From Octopus vulgaris (taxonomy: Eukaryota): a DNA stretch of 64,000 nucleotides. Shown piece after piece: positions 14,113 to 28,654 of the stretch. The notes beneath the pieces are model-generated. The model was not told where the DNA came from and ran no database searches. It worked only from the letters and a program-made list of their open reading frames with translations. The stretch is from contig OX597830.1 of the NCBI GenBank assembly GCA_951406725.2, positions 6,200,001-6,264,000 of the forward strand, given 5' to 3'. A program made the position numbers and the translations under genes. The number at the start of each line of letters is the position of its first letter. Position 1 is the first letter of the stretch.

Positions 14113-14156
14113 TGAAACAAACGTTTCGAGTTCCTCGCCTCTCATCAGGTTGTCTT
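14113..14156 (-). ncRNA. Type I minimal hammerhead-like motif, canonical core
   Basis: Minus strand GACAAC-CTGATGA-GAG-GCGAGGAA-CTC-GAAA-CG-TT-TGTTTC; stem I imperfect. Confidence 0.6.
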
Positions 14157-14705
14157 TTTCTTAATTTACCACTTTCAGTTCAAATTTATTCATGGGACAA
14201 ATATATCGAGAAAAAGTACCCAAAATATATGGAAATATCAAAATATATACATTGGTTTTAAAGTCTTGACTAGCAGTTCAACGTTTTGGTTTTCCAAACA
14301 AGGTGGCATCAAAACACTCTTGTAATTGATTTAGCCGGTAATTGTATTATATATATTTCATTTGCAAATAAAACATTTTCATTTGAAATAAAGAATTTTT
14401 CGTCAATAAATAATTAGTTAATTAAATTAATTAAAGTTTGAAACTAAGGAGTATTTACGTTATTACATTTTCATATTTATCCTACTTGATTATAATTAAA
14501 ATATGAATTTTAATTACGGAATAATACCAAAGTTCTTTCTGACTTTGTAATATTACTCAATTTATATTCATCGTAATTAGACTTAATTCAGCAATTAATT
14601 AAAGTCGAAGAATATATATTAGGTTCAAAAATATATCAATCATCCGATATTGTACGGAACAATAATATAATGCAGTTTGTTAGGTGTTTGTTAAGTATTA
14701 CTAAC

Positions 14706-14998
14706 AGGATTAAAGATTATTTGCCAGCATAACATGGCAGTCCTGGTTTAGGACGAATGTTGCTGTAATTTAACCCCAAGAGGCATCGTTTACAGCTGGC
14801 TATACGACACGATCTGTGTCCTTATATTTTCGAACAATGGGATCTAGCACCCACACTCAGATTCCCTTGTTTGAAAACATAAGGACACAGATCATGTTGT
14901 ATAGCCAGCTGGAGACGATGCCTCCTGGGGCTAAATTACAGCAACATTCGTCCTAATCCAGGACTGCCATGTTATGCTGTCAAAAAATCTTTAATCCT
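14706..14998. mobile_element. Foldback/MITE-like palindrome
   Basis: Arms 14706-14845 and 14859-14998 are reverse complements (about 90% by eye), 13-nt loop. Confidence 0.85.
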
Positions 14999-15094
14999 TA
15001 ATTACTGTTGCTGAATATCTCTCGTTGTGAGATTTACAAAACTAGTCATTTTCTAATACTAACAGGATGTTTTGTATTTATCTCCATATTTTAC

Positions 15095-15369
15095 TTCCAT
15101 CAGTCATGAGAGTGCGGTCATACTGGGGCACCACCTTGAAGAAATTCCAGTCGAATTAATCGCCTCCAGTGCTTACCTTTTCTTTAAAGCTTAGTATTCA
15201 TTCTATCGGTCTGTTTGTGCTAAATCGCTAAGTTAGAGAGACGTAAGGAAAACAACACCGGTTTCAAGTGCCAGTGGTGGTGATGGTGGGGGGGAAGAAG
15301 CACAAACACAAAGGCTCACACAATGTGCACAGATAGATAGGTAGATATATAGATAGGTATATAATTAGG

Positions 15370-15437
<68 letters not shown>

Positions 15438-15592
15438 AAATGAGCTTCTTTCAGTTTCCGTCTACCAAATCTACTCACGTGTCTTTGATCAGCTTGAGGC
15501 TGTAATAGAAGACTCTTGCCCAAGGTCCCACGCAATGGACCCAAACCCAGAACCATGCAGCTGGGAACTGAACTTCTCACAACACAGCCATG
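15095..15592 (-). mobile_element. tRNA-derived SINE with internal (GATA)n
   Basis: Reverse complement of the 31845-32281 family, both head and ggtgccccagtatg tail present. Confidence 0.8.
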
Positions 15593-16229
15593 ACAAGTCT
15601 ACAAAATACAGTAATTCCGTGGAAAATTATGGTTGCACCAAGGAGTTTGTTAGTTAAAGGAAACACGCCAACTTGTAAAAAAAGCAGTTTTGGACCGCGT
15701 TACTTATTTTCGTGGTATTGATAGAATATTCCAGTGAAGGTCATATTGTTTTATATAACACAACAATATTGCTTTATATTCTAAGTGATATGGTTTTCTG
15801 TATTTTAGTGATGTTACTGTATTGTCTAAGTAGGTTATGAGACAAGTGAAATGTCATTAACATGTTTAATACAAAGGTCATATTATTTATTATACAATTA
15901 TACAAAGTTTTAAAATTTAAGTATATTCACAAAACTACCAAAGATGTATGTGTATTCTATATACTTCTATCCTGTAATTCGTTTCAGCCATGCGGCCGCG
16001 GTCATGCTGGAGCATCACCGTGCTTTTGTGTTTTTATGTATCATTCTGGTTTGGTTGATTTCTTCATCACCCCTTGTGTATGTACTTTTGTCCCTCAGCT
16101 GTTGGCCCGGTTGGTGTATGAAAGCGTTTCAAAATGCTACCCAATTCTTTCTTGAAGACATACACCTCCACATCGTGTAGGTTTTTCTTTTTTTGTTTTT
16201 TTTTGGACCTTTGAAGTAACTTGTTCTGA

Positions 16230-16313
16230 TTGAGATGGGGTGAACGCTAACTTTCGTTTGAGATGGGGTGAACGCTAACTTTCGATTGAGATGGGGTGAA
16301 CGCTAACTTTCGT
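16230..16313. repeat. 3 x 28-bp tandem repeat
   Basis: TTGAGATGGGGTGAACGCTAACTTTCG(T/A) at 16230, 16258, 16286. Confidence 0.95.
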
Positions 16314-17252
16314 ACAATGCTTCTAGTTTCGGTATTTGTATAAAACTCGGTGCCTTCATCTTTCTATTCCATTTTAATGATCTGAAAATAAACAAAAAAT
16401 AACTAAAATTAACTAGAAAAAAAAGATTCCAAAATGATTCAAAAATAGAATTCTCGAAAGGACAATACGCGACTTCGCTGAAACAGCCCCTCTCGCAGGG
16501 CAAATTAAATAAAATTTGGGATTTATGCGTAGAGTGAAAGTGGTAAAAAGAACAGGACAGTGAGAACAAACAGTAAAAATAAACGGTGAGGGTTGTTGAG
16601 CCAAGATGATAGAAAACTTATTATGAACGCTAGGTGGACGAGCTTATCAGAGGAGAGAGTATAAGCACGTTTTGTCTTTAGGAAGGAAATGAACAGAAAG
16701 ATAGATTCCTTTTCGTTACGTGTCAGCGACGAGAGAGTCAAGGAGGCAGAGAAAGAGACAATGGACCGGTGAAGAGGAGAGGAGAAGAATAGGGAAGGAC
16801 TGTTTCAAGGAAGTCGCGTACTGTCCTTACTTGCAGAAAGCGGAGTAGATGAAACAGGGACAACTGATGAAGGGGGATATTCTTTATGTTACATATCCCG
16901 TTTCTCTATTTTTTTCATTGTTCGAAACAAAGGTTCGTTTTCTATGTTTTCGTTTCTCATTGTGTTCAACGTTTCTTGATCTCCTGTACCCATATATGCA
17001 TGTATATATACATATATATGTAGGTATGTACATATATGTATATATAAATGCATATATTTATATTTTATTTATATCATTACATGATGGAAAGCCACGCATC
17101 TTTTGCCAGGTATGTTTTATCTATCTATCTGTCTATCTACAGATAGATAGATAGCTAGACAGACAGAGAAACAAATATATATATGAATTAAAAGCAGCTC
17201 TCTTGTTGTAATAAATATTGTTAAATATATATACTAATATATATGTTATATA

Positions 17253-17395
17253 CTTTGTGTATTTTCCAGTGACAGCAATGGCGTACTGGCGTATATACTC
17301 ACGGTCAGTCCTCCGTTATCTCGCCTGTCCATGAATAAGGTGCTTTAACACCAGCGCCAATGAGATCCATTGCAGCCACCGGAAAATACACAAAG
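17253..17395. mobile_element. Short MITE-like element
   Basis: 29-bp TIRs CTTTGTGTATTTTCCAGTGACAGCAATGG / CCATTGCAGCCACCGGAAAATACACAAAG (3 mismatches). Confidence 0.7.
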
Positions 17396-17547
17396 CATTT
17401 ATATTAATATATGTATTTAATGATATATATATACATGTGTGTGTGTCTGTGTGTGTGTGCATAAATATATCCATATATCCATTTCAGAGTGTGCGCGTGT
17501 ATATATATACATACATACATACATACATACATACATACATACATACA

Positions 17548-17580
<33 letters not shown>

Positions 17581-17654
17581 GCGCATATGTACGTGTACTT
17601 GTAGTAATTTTATTCCTTTACTTGTGTAGTGTGCGCTTGTATATATATACATAT

Positions 17655-17699
<45 letters not shown>

Positions 17700-18482
17700 G
17701 ATATGTGCATAAATATCAATGCGTGAGATAGTGCGTTTGTGGTTTTTTTTTGTGTTTGTGCGTGTGTATGTTAGTATATATGTGCCTCTGTGTAATTGTA
17801 TGTCTGTGTGTCCGCGTGTGAGTGGTGTATTATTTCACGTCTATCAGTTGATGCACATTGCACAATTTCGGATATTTTACAAAAGTTTCTCTTCCGAGGG
17901 AATGACGATATTCAGCCATTTTACATTTCCCGGCTCTATATATATTGATAAATATTTTTAACTAATCGATATATCTTCGCAAATAAAACTTTGTAAAACC
18001 ACTTCTAATAGAATCATTAATAGAATTTGCTAAGAACATAAAATTCCTGATTGGTTGATATTGTGTAGAAATATAAATGGGAATTTATATCGCATCTAAT
18101 TACTACAGATACCTATCTGAAACAGGCAAGCTAATTATTATTTTTGGTGAAGAGAAAAGCGTATATAATTTGCAAATGTATATTGAGCGAGCTCTCTGTA
18201 TTATTTTTATCGCAGATTTTACATTGCGGTCTTCTATGTTGTTCTTCGTGGTTTTGAATATAATTGGCGAAAAGATGGCGTAATCTGATACGGGGCTATT
18301 TAATTAAACTCATATATGAAAAGGGGAGACGATTAAGAGGAAAGAGCGTAACTCTGCAAACATAAAACTCATATAAAAGAACCGCGGACAAAGAGGCGCA
18401 AACACACACGAAAAGAGACCGACACACAGACATGAATGTATCTATATATATATATATATATGTATATCTATCTATCTATCTA

Positions 18483-18549
<67 letters not shown>

Positions 18550-18927
18550 GTATATGAATATATATATACACATATACATATATGTACACACATATATATG
18601 TATGTATATACATACATATATATACATATATACATATACGTATACATATATATGTACGCATATATGTATATATATATATGTATATATATATAAGTACATA
18701 TATATGTATATTGTATACATGTACACACACATTACAAATATATATGTGTGTGTATATATATATATGCATATACATATACACAGGCATGTGGCTTTACACA
18801 GTAATATTTATTAAAGCATAAAAAGCTAACTCACACACACACTTGATTCATTTGATTCTGGGAATGCATGCATGGACCTGTGAGTTGCTTTCTGTGTTTC
18901 TATATGTAAAGGATAAGAAAAGAAAGC

Positions 18928-18982
<55 letters not shown>

Positions 18983-19621
18983 ATGAGTGGGTGAAATAAG
19001 AGATCGTATGAGATGCGAAGGGAAAATAATAGAGAATTTTAAGGGAAGGAAAGTGCTGTGGAGCTGTGATTATATAAGATCTAACTTCCCGTGGTGATTA
19101 ATATAGAATCAAATAAGTGTTTCTATGAAATCAAACTGATTATTATCTTGTGTGTAACAACGTACATGAACGCCAAACTTAACATCAGGGTTTTCGATGT
19201 TGTTGTTTGTGTGGTTGCTTTGGTTGTTGTTGGCAGAAACAGTGAGCGGCCGGAGCAAAAGTATTGACGTCGTAGAATGTTACGTAACATAGAGCCCGAG
19301 TAAAATGATGTTTATGAGCGGTGATAGAGAAATTAAAGAATTTTCTATGTTATAGGATGAAGACGAATTTGGGAATTTGATATTTTAGAGTTGTTATTTA
19401 CTTCTCAGAATGAGAGAGAAAACAAGAGAAGAGAGAGGGAGTAAAAGGCTGAGAAAACGATAGAAAGAAGGGGTGAGGCATGAGAGACAATCTTGTGTTG
19501 TTGTTTTTTTCTCAATCCAAGTGGCCATAATCTCTTTCTTCTTTGAAACATATGAAGACATCCGAAAATACATGCCCTCCGCATACAGTTATTTACTAAG
19601 TATTAAAAAAATTTTGTTTTA

Positions 19622-19719
<98 letters not shown>

Positions 19720-19744
19720 TAATAATAACAATAATAACAACAAC

Positions 19745-19816
<72 letters not shown>
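19622..19816. repeat. (TAA)n microsatellite
   Basis: Direct reading. Confidence 0.95.
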
Positions 19817-19819
<3 letters not shown>

Positions 19820-20368
19820 GATGCAGTACCAGGCAGTGGCTCTCATGGCTTCTGATCTTAACTGATTGGAAGTGTCATCATGTACATTGTTTTCTCTTGG
19901 TATAAAAGATGGGCTACAGCAAATATTCTGCTCAATACCACAAATTTGCTTGTCAGTTGTTTGACCTTAATCAGTTGAGCATGTCCCTTAGTGGCTGACG
20001 ATATGTGCATCTCTGATTACGAGCAGAAGTAGTGGGGGAGCATTATAGCCATGTGTTGAGAGGGATTCTTTGGGGTTTGAATAATTCACCTCTGCAAACA
20101 TGGGTGGTTCTTTCAACATCCTTAAACAATCCTTATTCAGAGATCTTTTGAGCGGGATGGGCTACTCAACCTGAAGAAAATTCTAACTGGGCCCCACCTG
20201 CAAGGTCATATGCTGTTTATCTTGATATGAGATCACCATGTCACACCCATTTGGTTGTGATGCATGTGCCTGGTGTACCCTTATCAGACGGGTAGTCATG
20301 ATGGGTATATTGAGCTTCGTATATTTTACCCCAGTGTCACTTTGATGGCGTGCACTGCTCTCTCACTC
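19815..20368 (+). mobile_element. Interspersed repeat, probable non-LTR retrotransposon 3' UTR, embedded in (TAA)n
   Basis: Antisense copy at 62938-63243 and fragment at 20660-20742; ends ctctctcactc-(aat)n. Confidence 0.7.
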
Positions 20369-20454
20369 AATAATAATAATAGTAATAATAATAATGATGA
20401 AGATGATGATGATGATAATAATAATAATAGTCCTTTCTGTCATGTACGAATATA

Positions 20455-20606
20455 TCGACTCTATTACGCAACTGGTACTTATTTTATCAACCTGTAAATG
20501 GTGAAAGGCAAAATCGACCTCGGTGGAATTTGAACTGAGAGCGTAATGACGGACAACATACCGCTATGCTTTTTGCCTGGTCTGCTAACGAATTCGCCAT
20601 CTCGCC
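20455..20606 (-). mobile_element. MetaSINE-like SINE
   Basis: aactggtacttattttatcaacc...gaaaggcaaaatcgacctcggtggaatttgaact. Confidence 0.7.
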
Positions 20607-21164
20607 AACGTCAATAATAATAATAATAATAATAATAACAATAATAATAATCAGCGGAATTATTCATAGACATTTTGAGCGAGATGGGCCCTAGATTCTA
20701 ATTCGTCAGCACTTGCAAGGTCATTCGCTGTTTATCTTGAATGGCCTTCTTCTACCATTGACATAATTCTCCTCACTCATTCCAATAGGCTCACAAAGTA
20801 CGCAATGCCCGAAACTTCGAATTGCTAGGAAGATCATTAAGTTTATACGTATAATAATTAAACTAGTGCACGGAGTGAATAATAATTTTCTCATTTGCAA
20901 TTGTTTTGTATAACATACAACTGAACAGTCGATATTTTATGCATGGATTTGCATATCTATTGTATTTTATTGTAATTATCACCTTCTTCGTTTCCTTCAT
21001 TATCTACAGATCAATTAATCTACGATGTAATGAAACTCCGCATTTTATTCACTTCAACGAATCACTGGATGAAATCGCCATGCGACAGTTACTCCTTCCA
21101 TGCATCCAAATACTTATTTATTCACGCCTCATCACTACAGCAACAACAACAACAACAGCAACAG

Positions 21165-21216
<52 letters not shown>

Positions 21217-21476
21217 AGCTGCTTCTGCTCTTGCTACACTTAATAGTGTGAGCATTCTTATTGAGAGCAACGTTATAAATAATGAAATCATTATCAATGT
21301 CATCAGTATAATTATCATCATCATCATCATCATCTTCATCATCATCTTCATCATCATCTTCATCATCATCTTCATCATCATCATCATCATCACCACTATA
21401 ATCATCAACAACATCGTCATCATCATTGTCGTCGTCGTCATCATCAACATCGTCCTCATCATCGTCCTCATCATCG

Positions 21477-21518
<42 letters not shown>

Positions 21519-21758
21519 ACATCGTCATTACCATCGACAACCTCTAGCTAATGCATTAACTTCCAACCGACTCAAGCGACATCTCTATTCCCTGCTAAAC
21601 GTAGAATTAACAATTTATTTCTATGTAATTGTGCGTAAAAGACAGCAACTAAATCGTTTTCTGGTTTTATTGATTAACTGGCATTCTGGAATCAAAATTT
21701 TTAAACCTGCCTTTTACATACATCCACACATCTATAAAACATTCACAAACACACACAA

Positions 21759-21834
<76 letters not shown>

Positions 21835-21979
21835 ATACGCGAGCGCGCAAAAAAGTACACACACGAGCGCACACACGGATATGAGCATATACACGCACGC
21901 ACATACTTATATATAGGCATACACACATATATCTCCTTGTATATACATACATACATATATAAGCATACATATGTGTATG

Positions 21980-22039
<60 letters not shown>

Positions 22040-22328
22040 ACACATATATATATATATATATGAGTATGCAAATATATCCATACCCTCATAAACACACATA
22101 CACACTTATACATATATATTCAAGTATATACAGTTGTACCCACACACACACATATATATATATGTACATGTATATACTTATATATATACACACTTACACA
22201 CACGCACGCACATACACTCACACACATACAAGTACTTTCAACATCATCCATAATCATATGATTACTGCTATTACTACCATCACCACTAGCCCACCCCATC
22301 TACTACTACCACTACTACTACTACTACA

Positions 22329-22369
<41 letters not shown>

Positions 22370-22650
22370 AAAACGGTGCACCAATATTGGCTCACTAATT
22401 AATCTTACAGTCTCTCTACGGGCATCGCGGGTGCATCTATCGTTTTAGCGGAATTACTCTGATGTGAAGCCAGCATCCATTGTCATTTTTTTTTATTCCC
22501 CAAATATATGAATTAATGTCCGTAAAGTCTAGTTAAATGGATAAATACCGTGGAATCAAGTGAATTCCATCGGAATCAGTTGATTTCAAATGTATAAGGG
22601 GGAGGGGGGATTGGATGGTATGGACTGACGAGTGAAAACTAGATAGATAG

Positions 22651-22707
<57 letters not shown>

Positions 22708-22797
22708 GGCTATCTATGTGTTGGGTAATTTACTGCATGGAGGGAGGCTTTCCTGCGGCGAAAAAATTGCATCTTCTATTCAGTTCACTGAACAATC

Positions 22798-22901
<104 letters not shown>

Positions 22902-23262
22902 GTATGTTTATATATAGATATATACATATATATATATATATATGTATACATATATGTATATTTATATATATGCATATATATATATTTTAATATATATATA
23001 TATGTTTCGCATCGTGGGCAATAATCATCATCATTTTCATCATTATAATTGATATTACAATCATCACAATTGTCGGCGTTATCATCGTCATTATCGTACC
23101 CAGTGATGATGAAGACGAGGATGACGATGTAACGACGACGACGACGATGCTGATGATAATGATGATGATAAGGAGGAGGATGACGATGATGATACTAACA
23201 ATATTAATCATCGCCATCATTATCATCATCATCACCACCACCACAACCACCACCATCATCAC

Positions 23263-23308
<46 letters not shown>

Positions 23309-23662
23309 GGCAGTAGCAGCAGCATCGTTATGAACAGGAGTACGTAGAAGCCGTGTTGGAAAATGTGCAAAGATGGCAGTCGGCCGGATAATGAATATGA
23401 TACATTACATAGAGTCATTAACGTCCCTGAACTGCGGCAAAAGCAGGCAGAGGAAGAGAGAGAGAGAGAGGGGGGAGTGAGAGAGAGAGAGAAAGAAATA
23501 GAGAGATAGATAATGAGAGAAAGATGGTATGAGAGCGAGTAAATATAAGAGAAATGCATAGAGAGAATGAGAATGAGTGAGATGTAACTCTTTCGGATGT
23601 TGGCAATCAAAAATAGAGAGAGTGAAGAAGAACGTTATGAGAGAAGAAGTGAGTAACGTAAT

Positions 23663-23900
23663 GGGAAGGCTCGTGGCCGAGTGGTCATGAGTGTTCCTCT
23701 GACGATTGTGCAGCGTACAGGTTCGATTCTCAGTCCGGCTATGCATTATATTCATAAGCAAAACACTTCATTTCACTCAGCTGAAAATGTGTGACCCTGC
23801 AACCAACCAGAGGTTATCTTGGCCTGCTTGACCAGAGAGCGGAGTGGCATCCTTCGAAAGCTAAGACTATGCTTTGACCATCAGGAGGCGTTCGATGCTT
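23663..23900 (+). mobile_element. tRNA-derived CORE-like SINE, degenerate
   Basis: A box TGGCCGAGTGG, B box GGTTCGATTCT, then agcaaaacacttcatttcactcagctg. Confidence 0.6.
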
Positions 23901-23966
23901 CCTAGGGCTATACAGCGGTGGTGTACCCCCTACTGTCACGTTCTTGTTAGATTGAGAGTATACAAC

Positions 23967-24010
<44 letters not shown>

Positions 24011-24059
24011 GTATATATGTATATGTATATAAATATATATATATATATGTATTCATATG

Positions 24060-24094
<35 letters not shown>

Positions 24095-24104
24095 GTATAT
24101 GTTT

Positions 24105-24292
24105 GTGTGTCTGTGTTTCCCCCACCCCCATCACTTGTTAGGGTGTTCACGTTCCCGTAACCTAGTGGTTCGGCAAAAGAAACCGATAGAATAAGTACTA
24201 GGCTTACAAAGAATAAGTCCTAGGGTCGACTTTTTCGACTAAAGGCGGTGCTCCAGCATGGCCACAGTCAACTGACTGAAACAAATAAATGA
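24105..24292 (+). mobile_element. SINE 3' half ending in LINE-like tail
   Basis: ggcggtgctccagcatggccacagtcaactgactgaaac. Confidence 0.8.
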
Positions 24293-24320
24293 ATATAGAT
24301 ATATACTATATATATATATA

Positions 24321-24367
<47 letters not shown>

Positions 24368-24380
24368 GTGTGTGTGTGTG

Positions 24381-27021
24381 TACTTCTTATGGGAGACTTC
24401 AATCTACCCAATGTCAGATGGCCCGAGGCCCTTTCTCTCCCAGGATTGACAAGATGTGAACGAGGACAGGCGAGGTCCCTCCTGAACCTCATCAACACCC
24501 TGTACATGGATGTAATACATGCAAGTAATACTCCAACCAACCAGGACAGGTAACACACTGGATCTCTGCTTCACAAATAATATGGATCTCATCCATAATG
24601 TGAAAGTGACACCGACACTACTCTCGGATCACAACATGGTAGAGCTGACCATGTACGGGCCAAAGGAAAGCATGGACATGCAGCCTACAAGAAACCCTCA
24701 GAATCTTTCCAGCTTGAACTTCCATAAGGCAAACTGGAAACAAATTGAGAAAGAGATCCTCAAACAAAACTGGCCTGAATGTCTCTCCTCGCCAGACATC
24801 GACGTGAAACTTCAACAATTCATGTCTGTAATGCAAGCCATATGCTACAAATGTGTCCCAGAGAGAAAGGCCACTGTACACAAGAACAAAATCCCCAGAG
24901 AGAGGAAAATTTTAATGAGACGGCGTACAAAAATTTCAAATCGCCTAAACAAACAATTTGAAAGCAGTGAAATGTGCCGCCTGAAAATAAAACTGTTGGA
25001 AATTGAAAAATGTCTGCAACTCTCCCATGAAAAGGAAAGAGCAGACAAAGAAGCCTGGGCTATAGACAACATAAAATATAACCCCAGAGCTTTCTACAGG
25101 TATGCCAAAGAAACAGCTACGGTGCACTGTATGATGGGGCCACTCCTTGAAAAGGATGGCACACTCACAGGAAAACCAATGAGAGTAAGTGAAATACTGA
25201 ATGAGCAATTCAAGAGTGTTTTCTCTCCACCCCTTGGGCATTTCCAAATCACCAATCCAACTGACTTCTTTACCACTGCAGATATAAAATCAGAGGCGGT
25301 GACGATAGATTACATCGATATAAAGGAAGACGATGTAATAAAGGCTATAGATGAAATGAAAACAGACTCAGCTACTGGCCCCGATGGATTCCCGGCAATA
25401 CTCCTAAAAGTATGTAAGAGAGTCCTAGCAAGACCACTGCAGTTCCTCTTTTAGAGCTTCCTTGTAGCTGGCAAACTTCCAAGAAAACTGAAGGAAGGTA
25501 AAATATGCCCTATTCATAAAGAAGGTAGCAGAGCGGAGGCCAAGAACTACAGACCTATTTCTCTGACCACACACATTAGCAAGGTCATGGAACGAATAGT
25601 CAGAAGGAAACTGATCACCTTCCTTGAAGAAAATGACTTGCTGCCTGACACCCAACATGGTTTCCGACCAGGAAGAAGCTGCTTAACTCAGCTCCTACAA
25701 CACTATGACTGGGTGCTGAAACGACTGCTCAACCACTCAAATGTGGAAGTGATATATCTCGACTTTGCAAAGGCCTCTGATAAAGTCGATCATGGAATGA
25801 TATGTCACAAACAGCGTGATGTTAGCATAGTTGGAAAACTGGGAGAATGGCTTCATGACTTTCTGAAAGATAGAAGTCAGGTGGTAGTAGCCAATGGGGC
25901 CACTTCCATTAACACGCAAATAGTGAGCGGTGTTCCGCAGGGCACTGTTCTGGGACCACTACTGTTCATAATGGCCCTCTCAGACATGCACTCAGCCACG
26001 CAGAGAGCCACGATCACAAGTTATGCAGATGATACAAAAGTTTCACAGGCAATACAGAACCCTGAGGACACTAAACGCCTGCAATGTGAGCTGGACAAAA
26101 TATACAAGTGGGCTGAAAAGAATAGCATGCAGTTCAATGCTGAAAAGTTTCAAGCTTTATACTATCAGCATGCAAAACTAAATGCAATACCCAATGAATA
26201 CACTGGACCCGGAGGAATTGCAATCCCAGAGGCACAATCAGTGCGTGACCTGGGTATTTACATGAGTGATGACGCAACCTTTCGTGTACATGTTGCTAAA
26301 TTGACAATGAAATGTAGACAACTGGCCGGATGAATTCTCAGAGCCTTTAGAACAAGAGAACAAGAAACCATGATGGTCCTCTGGAGGACACTTGTCCTAA
26401 GCCACTTTGACTATTGCTCTCAGCTATGGTCACCATCCAGTGTCAATTTGATCACAGAACTTGAGGCGATCCAACGTAGCTACACGAAGAAGATAGCCTC
26501 TGTGCAGAATATAAACTACTGGGAAAGACTCAAGAGATTAAAACTCTATTCCTTGGAGCGTAGGCAAGAAAGATATGCCATAATATACATCTGGAAGATC
26601 CTGGAAGGACTTGTCCCAAACTTTGGCATCGAGAGTTACACAAATGCCAGAACTGGGCGCCACTGCGTGGTGCCTAGGACTCCAAATTTGCCATCAAGAT
26701 GTAGGACAAGATACTGTGATAGCCTGGGCTTCCGTGGCCCACAGCTCTTCAATATCCTCCCGAAGAACCTAAGAGACCTGCATGGGGTGGACGCAGATGT
26801 CTTTAAAATGAAACTGGATCTTTTCTTGTCAGGTATCCCAGATGAACCAACTTCACGGCAGAAGGGGCAGATGAGGGCAGCTGCATCGAACTCTCTCATG
26901 CACCAAATGGCAGTTGCTAAAAAGCATTCGTGAAGTAAAACCATGTAGCAACACCAAATGGCGGTGCCCCAGCATGGCCACAGCTCGTGAGCTGAAACTA
27001 GAATCAATCAATCAATCAATC
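24381..27021 (+). mobile_element. 5'-truncated CR1-group LINE
   Basis: ORF2 remnant, short 3' UTR with stem-loops, (ATCA)n tail at 27003-27022. Confidence 0.93.
24389..26933 (+). pseudogene. LINE ORF2 (APE endonuclease C-terminal half plus reverse transcriptase), disrupted
   Basis: MGDFNLP, LDLCFTN, SDH (APE); YRPISL, QHGFRPGRSC, YLDFAKASDKVDH, GVPQGTVLGPLLF, YADD (RT); one frameshift near 24515, in-frame stops at 25452 and 26331. Confidence 0.93.
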
Positions 27022-27055
27022 ATATATTTATAATGTAAACACACATGTGTGTGTG

Positions 27056-27108
<53 letters not shown>

Positions 27109-28654
27109 ATGTGTGTGTGTCTGTTTGTGTGTGTTTGTGTATGTGTGCGTATTGAGGGAGAGGTTGAGCAGCGATTATCAGAAAATAAGTGATTCCGAGA
27201 GAGAGAAAGAGAGATGACGGTAGAGAGTATTAGTGAGAGAGAGAGAAAATGGAAAAATGTTATGTTAGAGAAAAGGAGAGAAAAGACAATGAGAGAATAT
27301 GGAGAGAGTAAAAGGCGTTACGTAATCGTTTGGTCTTTTAGTGGTAGCAGCCAAATCTCCCTGAAATTCCGATATATTCTCTCTAAAGAAACGAAGTTGC
27401 GTCAGATTTAATTGTATGTGAGCATAATCCGAAAATACGTCGGGACAGGCGAGGTTGGAGAGGCTTTTAAGCAAAAAGTTTCAACGAGCAAAGCTGTGAA
27501 GGAAGGGGAGAGGATGAGCGAGAAAGAGAAGAAGAAAAGAAGAAGAAGATGAAGAAGAAGAAGGGGAGGAGAAGAAGGAGGAGAAGGAAGCAAGAAAAAG
27601 TTATGAGAAGAGGAGGTGGAGTTAGGAGATGGGGGAGGAGAGAAGTAGAAGAAAAAGAAAAAGGAGGAGAAGAAGGAGGAGGAGACAAGAGAGGTTGAAA
27701 AAAGAAATAGTAGTAGTTAAAAGAAGGAGTACGAGGAGAAGGAGGAGGAGACGGGAGTAGCTAAAGTAGTAGTAGTAGTAATAGTAGTAGTAGAGGAAGA
27801 AGAAGAAGAAGAAGAAGAAGAAGAAGAAGAAGAAGAAAAAGAAGAAAAATTAAAGATGATGAAAGAAGAAAAAGAAAAAGAAGGAAGTAAGAAGAAAGTA
27901 AGAAGAAGAAGTAAAGCAACAATAGTACAACTGTTCTATACTTAGACGTAAGCATCTTGTGTCACGTGACCAAATCTTATTTCTCCCCCCCCCCCCCGCT
28001 TTTCATATTTTCTGCATTGTCTTTAATGTTTGGAATATAGCCATGTCGTGACAGGGGGATGCAGCAGTCGACCTACGTCACGTGTAATTATAATATTTAA
28101 TCAACTGGTAATTATAACACTTTGAATTGGCAACATTTTTGAAGGCACGGATAAAATGCATGGCGGTATTCCTTCCATTTCTCAATTCCTTCCCAGGTGT
28201 CTTATAAAATTATTCAAAGAAAGACAACGGGAAATCAGTTTTGTATTTATTCTCCCACGGAAATTCAATAAAATTCACAGAGTTTTTGTGAAAGGAGGTC
28301 CCAAGGATTGTTCTTTTACAAGATTGTGCTCAAAGCAAAGGAAATTTCTTTTTATCGGTATCCGAATCATGAAAGATAATCCAGAGTTGAAAGGGACTTT
28401 AAGTCAGAACAAAAATCGATTCAACTAAATACTACCAGTTATTTTGTCCGTTATTCGGCATTTTCACCCATTCTTTTATCAGATTCAAGATATTCTGTTG
28501 TTCAGGGAGGCACGTTGATAGTTTTGTAGGCATGTGATCATGTGACTTTGCTCGCCACAAACCATGTAGGAATAATGATATAATCTTATACTTGAATAAC
28601 ATTACATTGTTCGTGTATAATGTGTTACAGTAATCTGCTCTAATACGATAATAA

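Noticed and set aside
16230-16313. Possible CRISPR-like array (28-bp repeats)
   Set aside because: Head-to-tail units with no spacers, no cas genes, eukaryotic context.
16852-16905. CTGATGA with upstream GAAAC as hammerhead or SECIS
   Set aside because: The motif pairs within a simple hairpin (ATGAAGGG/TTCTTTAT; GAAAC/GTTTC); no GAAA after a stem II and no SECIS GA/GA quartet.
24389-26933. Active LINE ORF2
   Set aside because: 5'-truncated, one frameshift, two in-frame stops and a KAFD to KASD change.
27961-28086. GTCACGTGAC and ACGTCACGTG E-box/CRE-like motifs as an enhancer
   Set aside because: Short motifs alone, with no gene context or conservation data.
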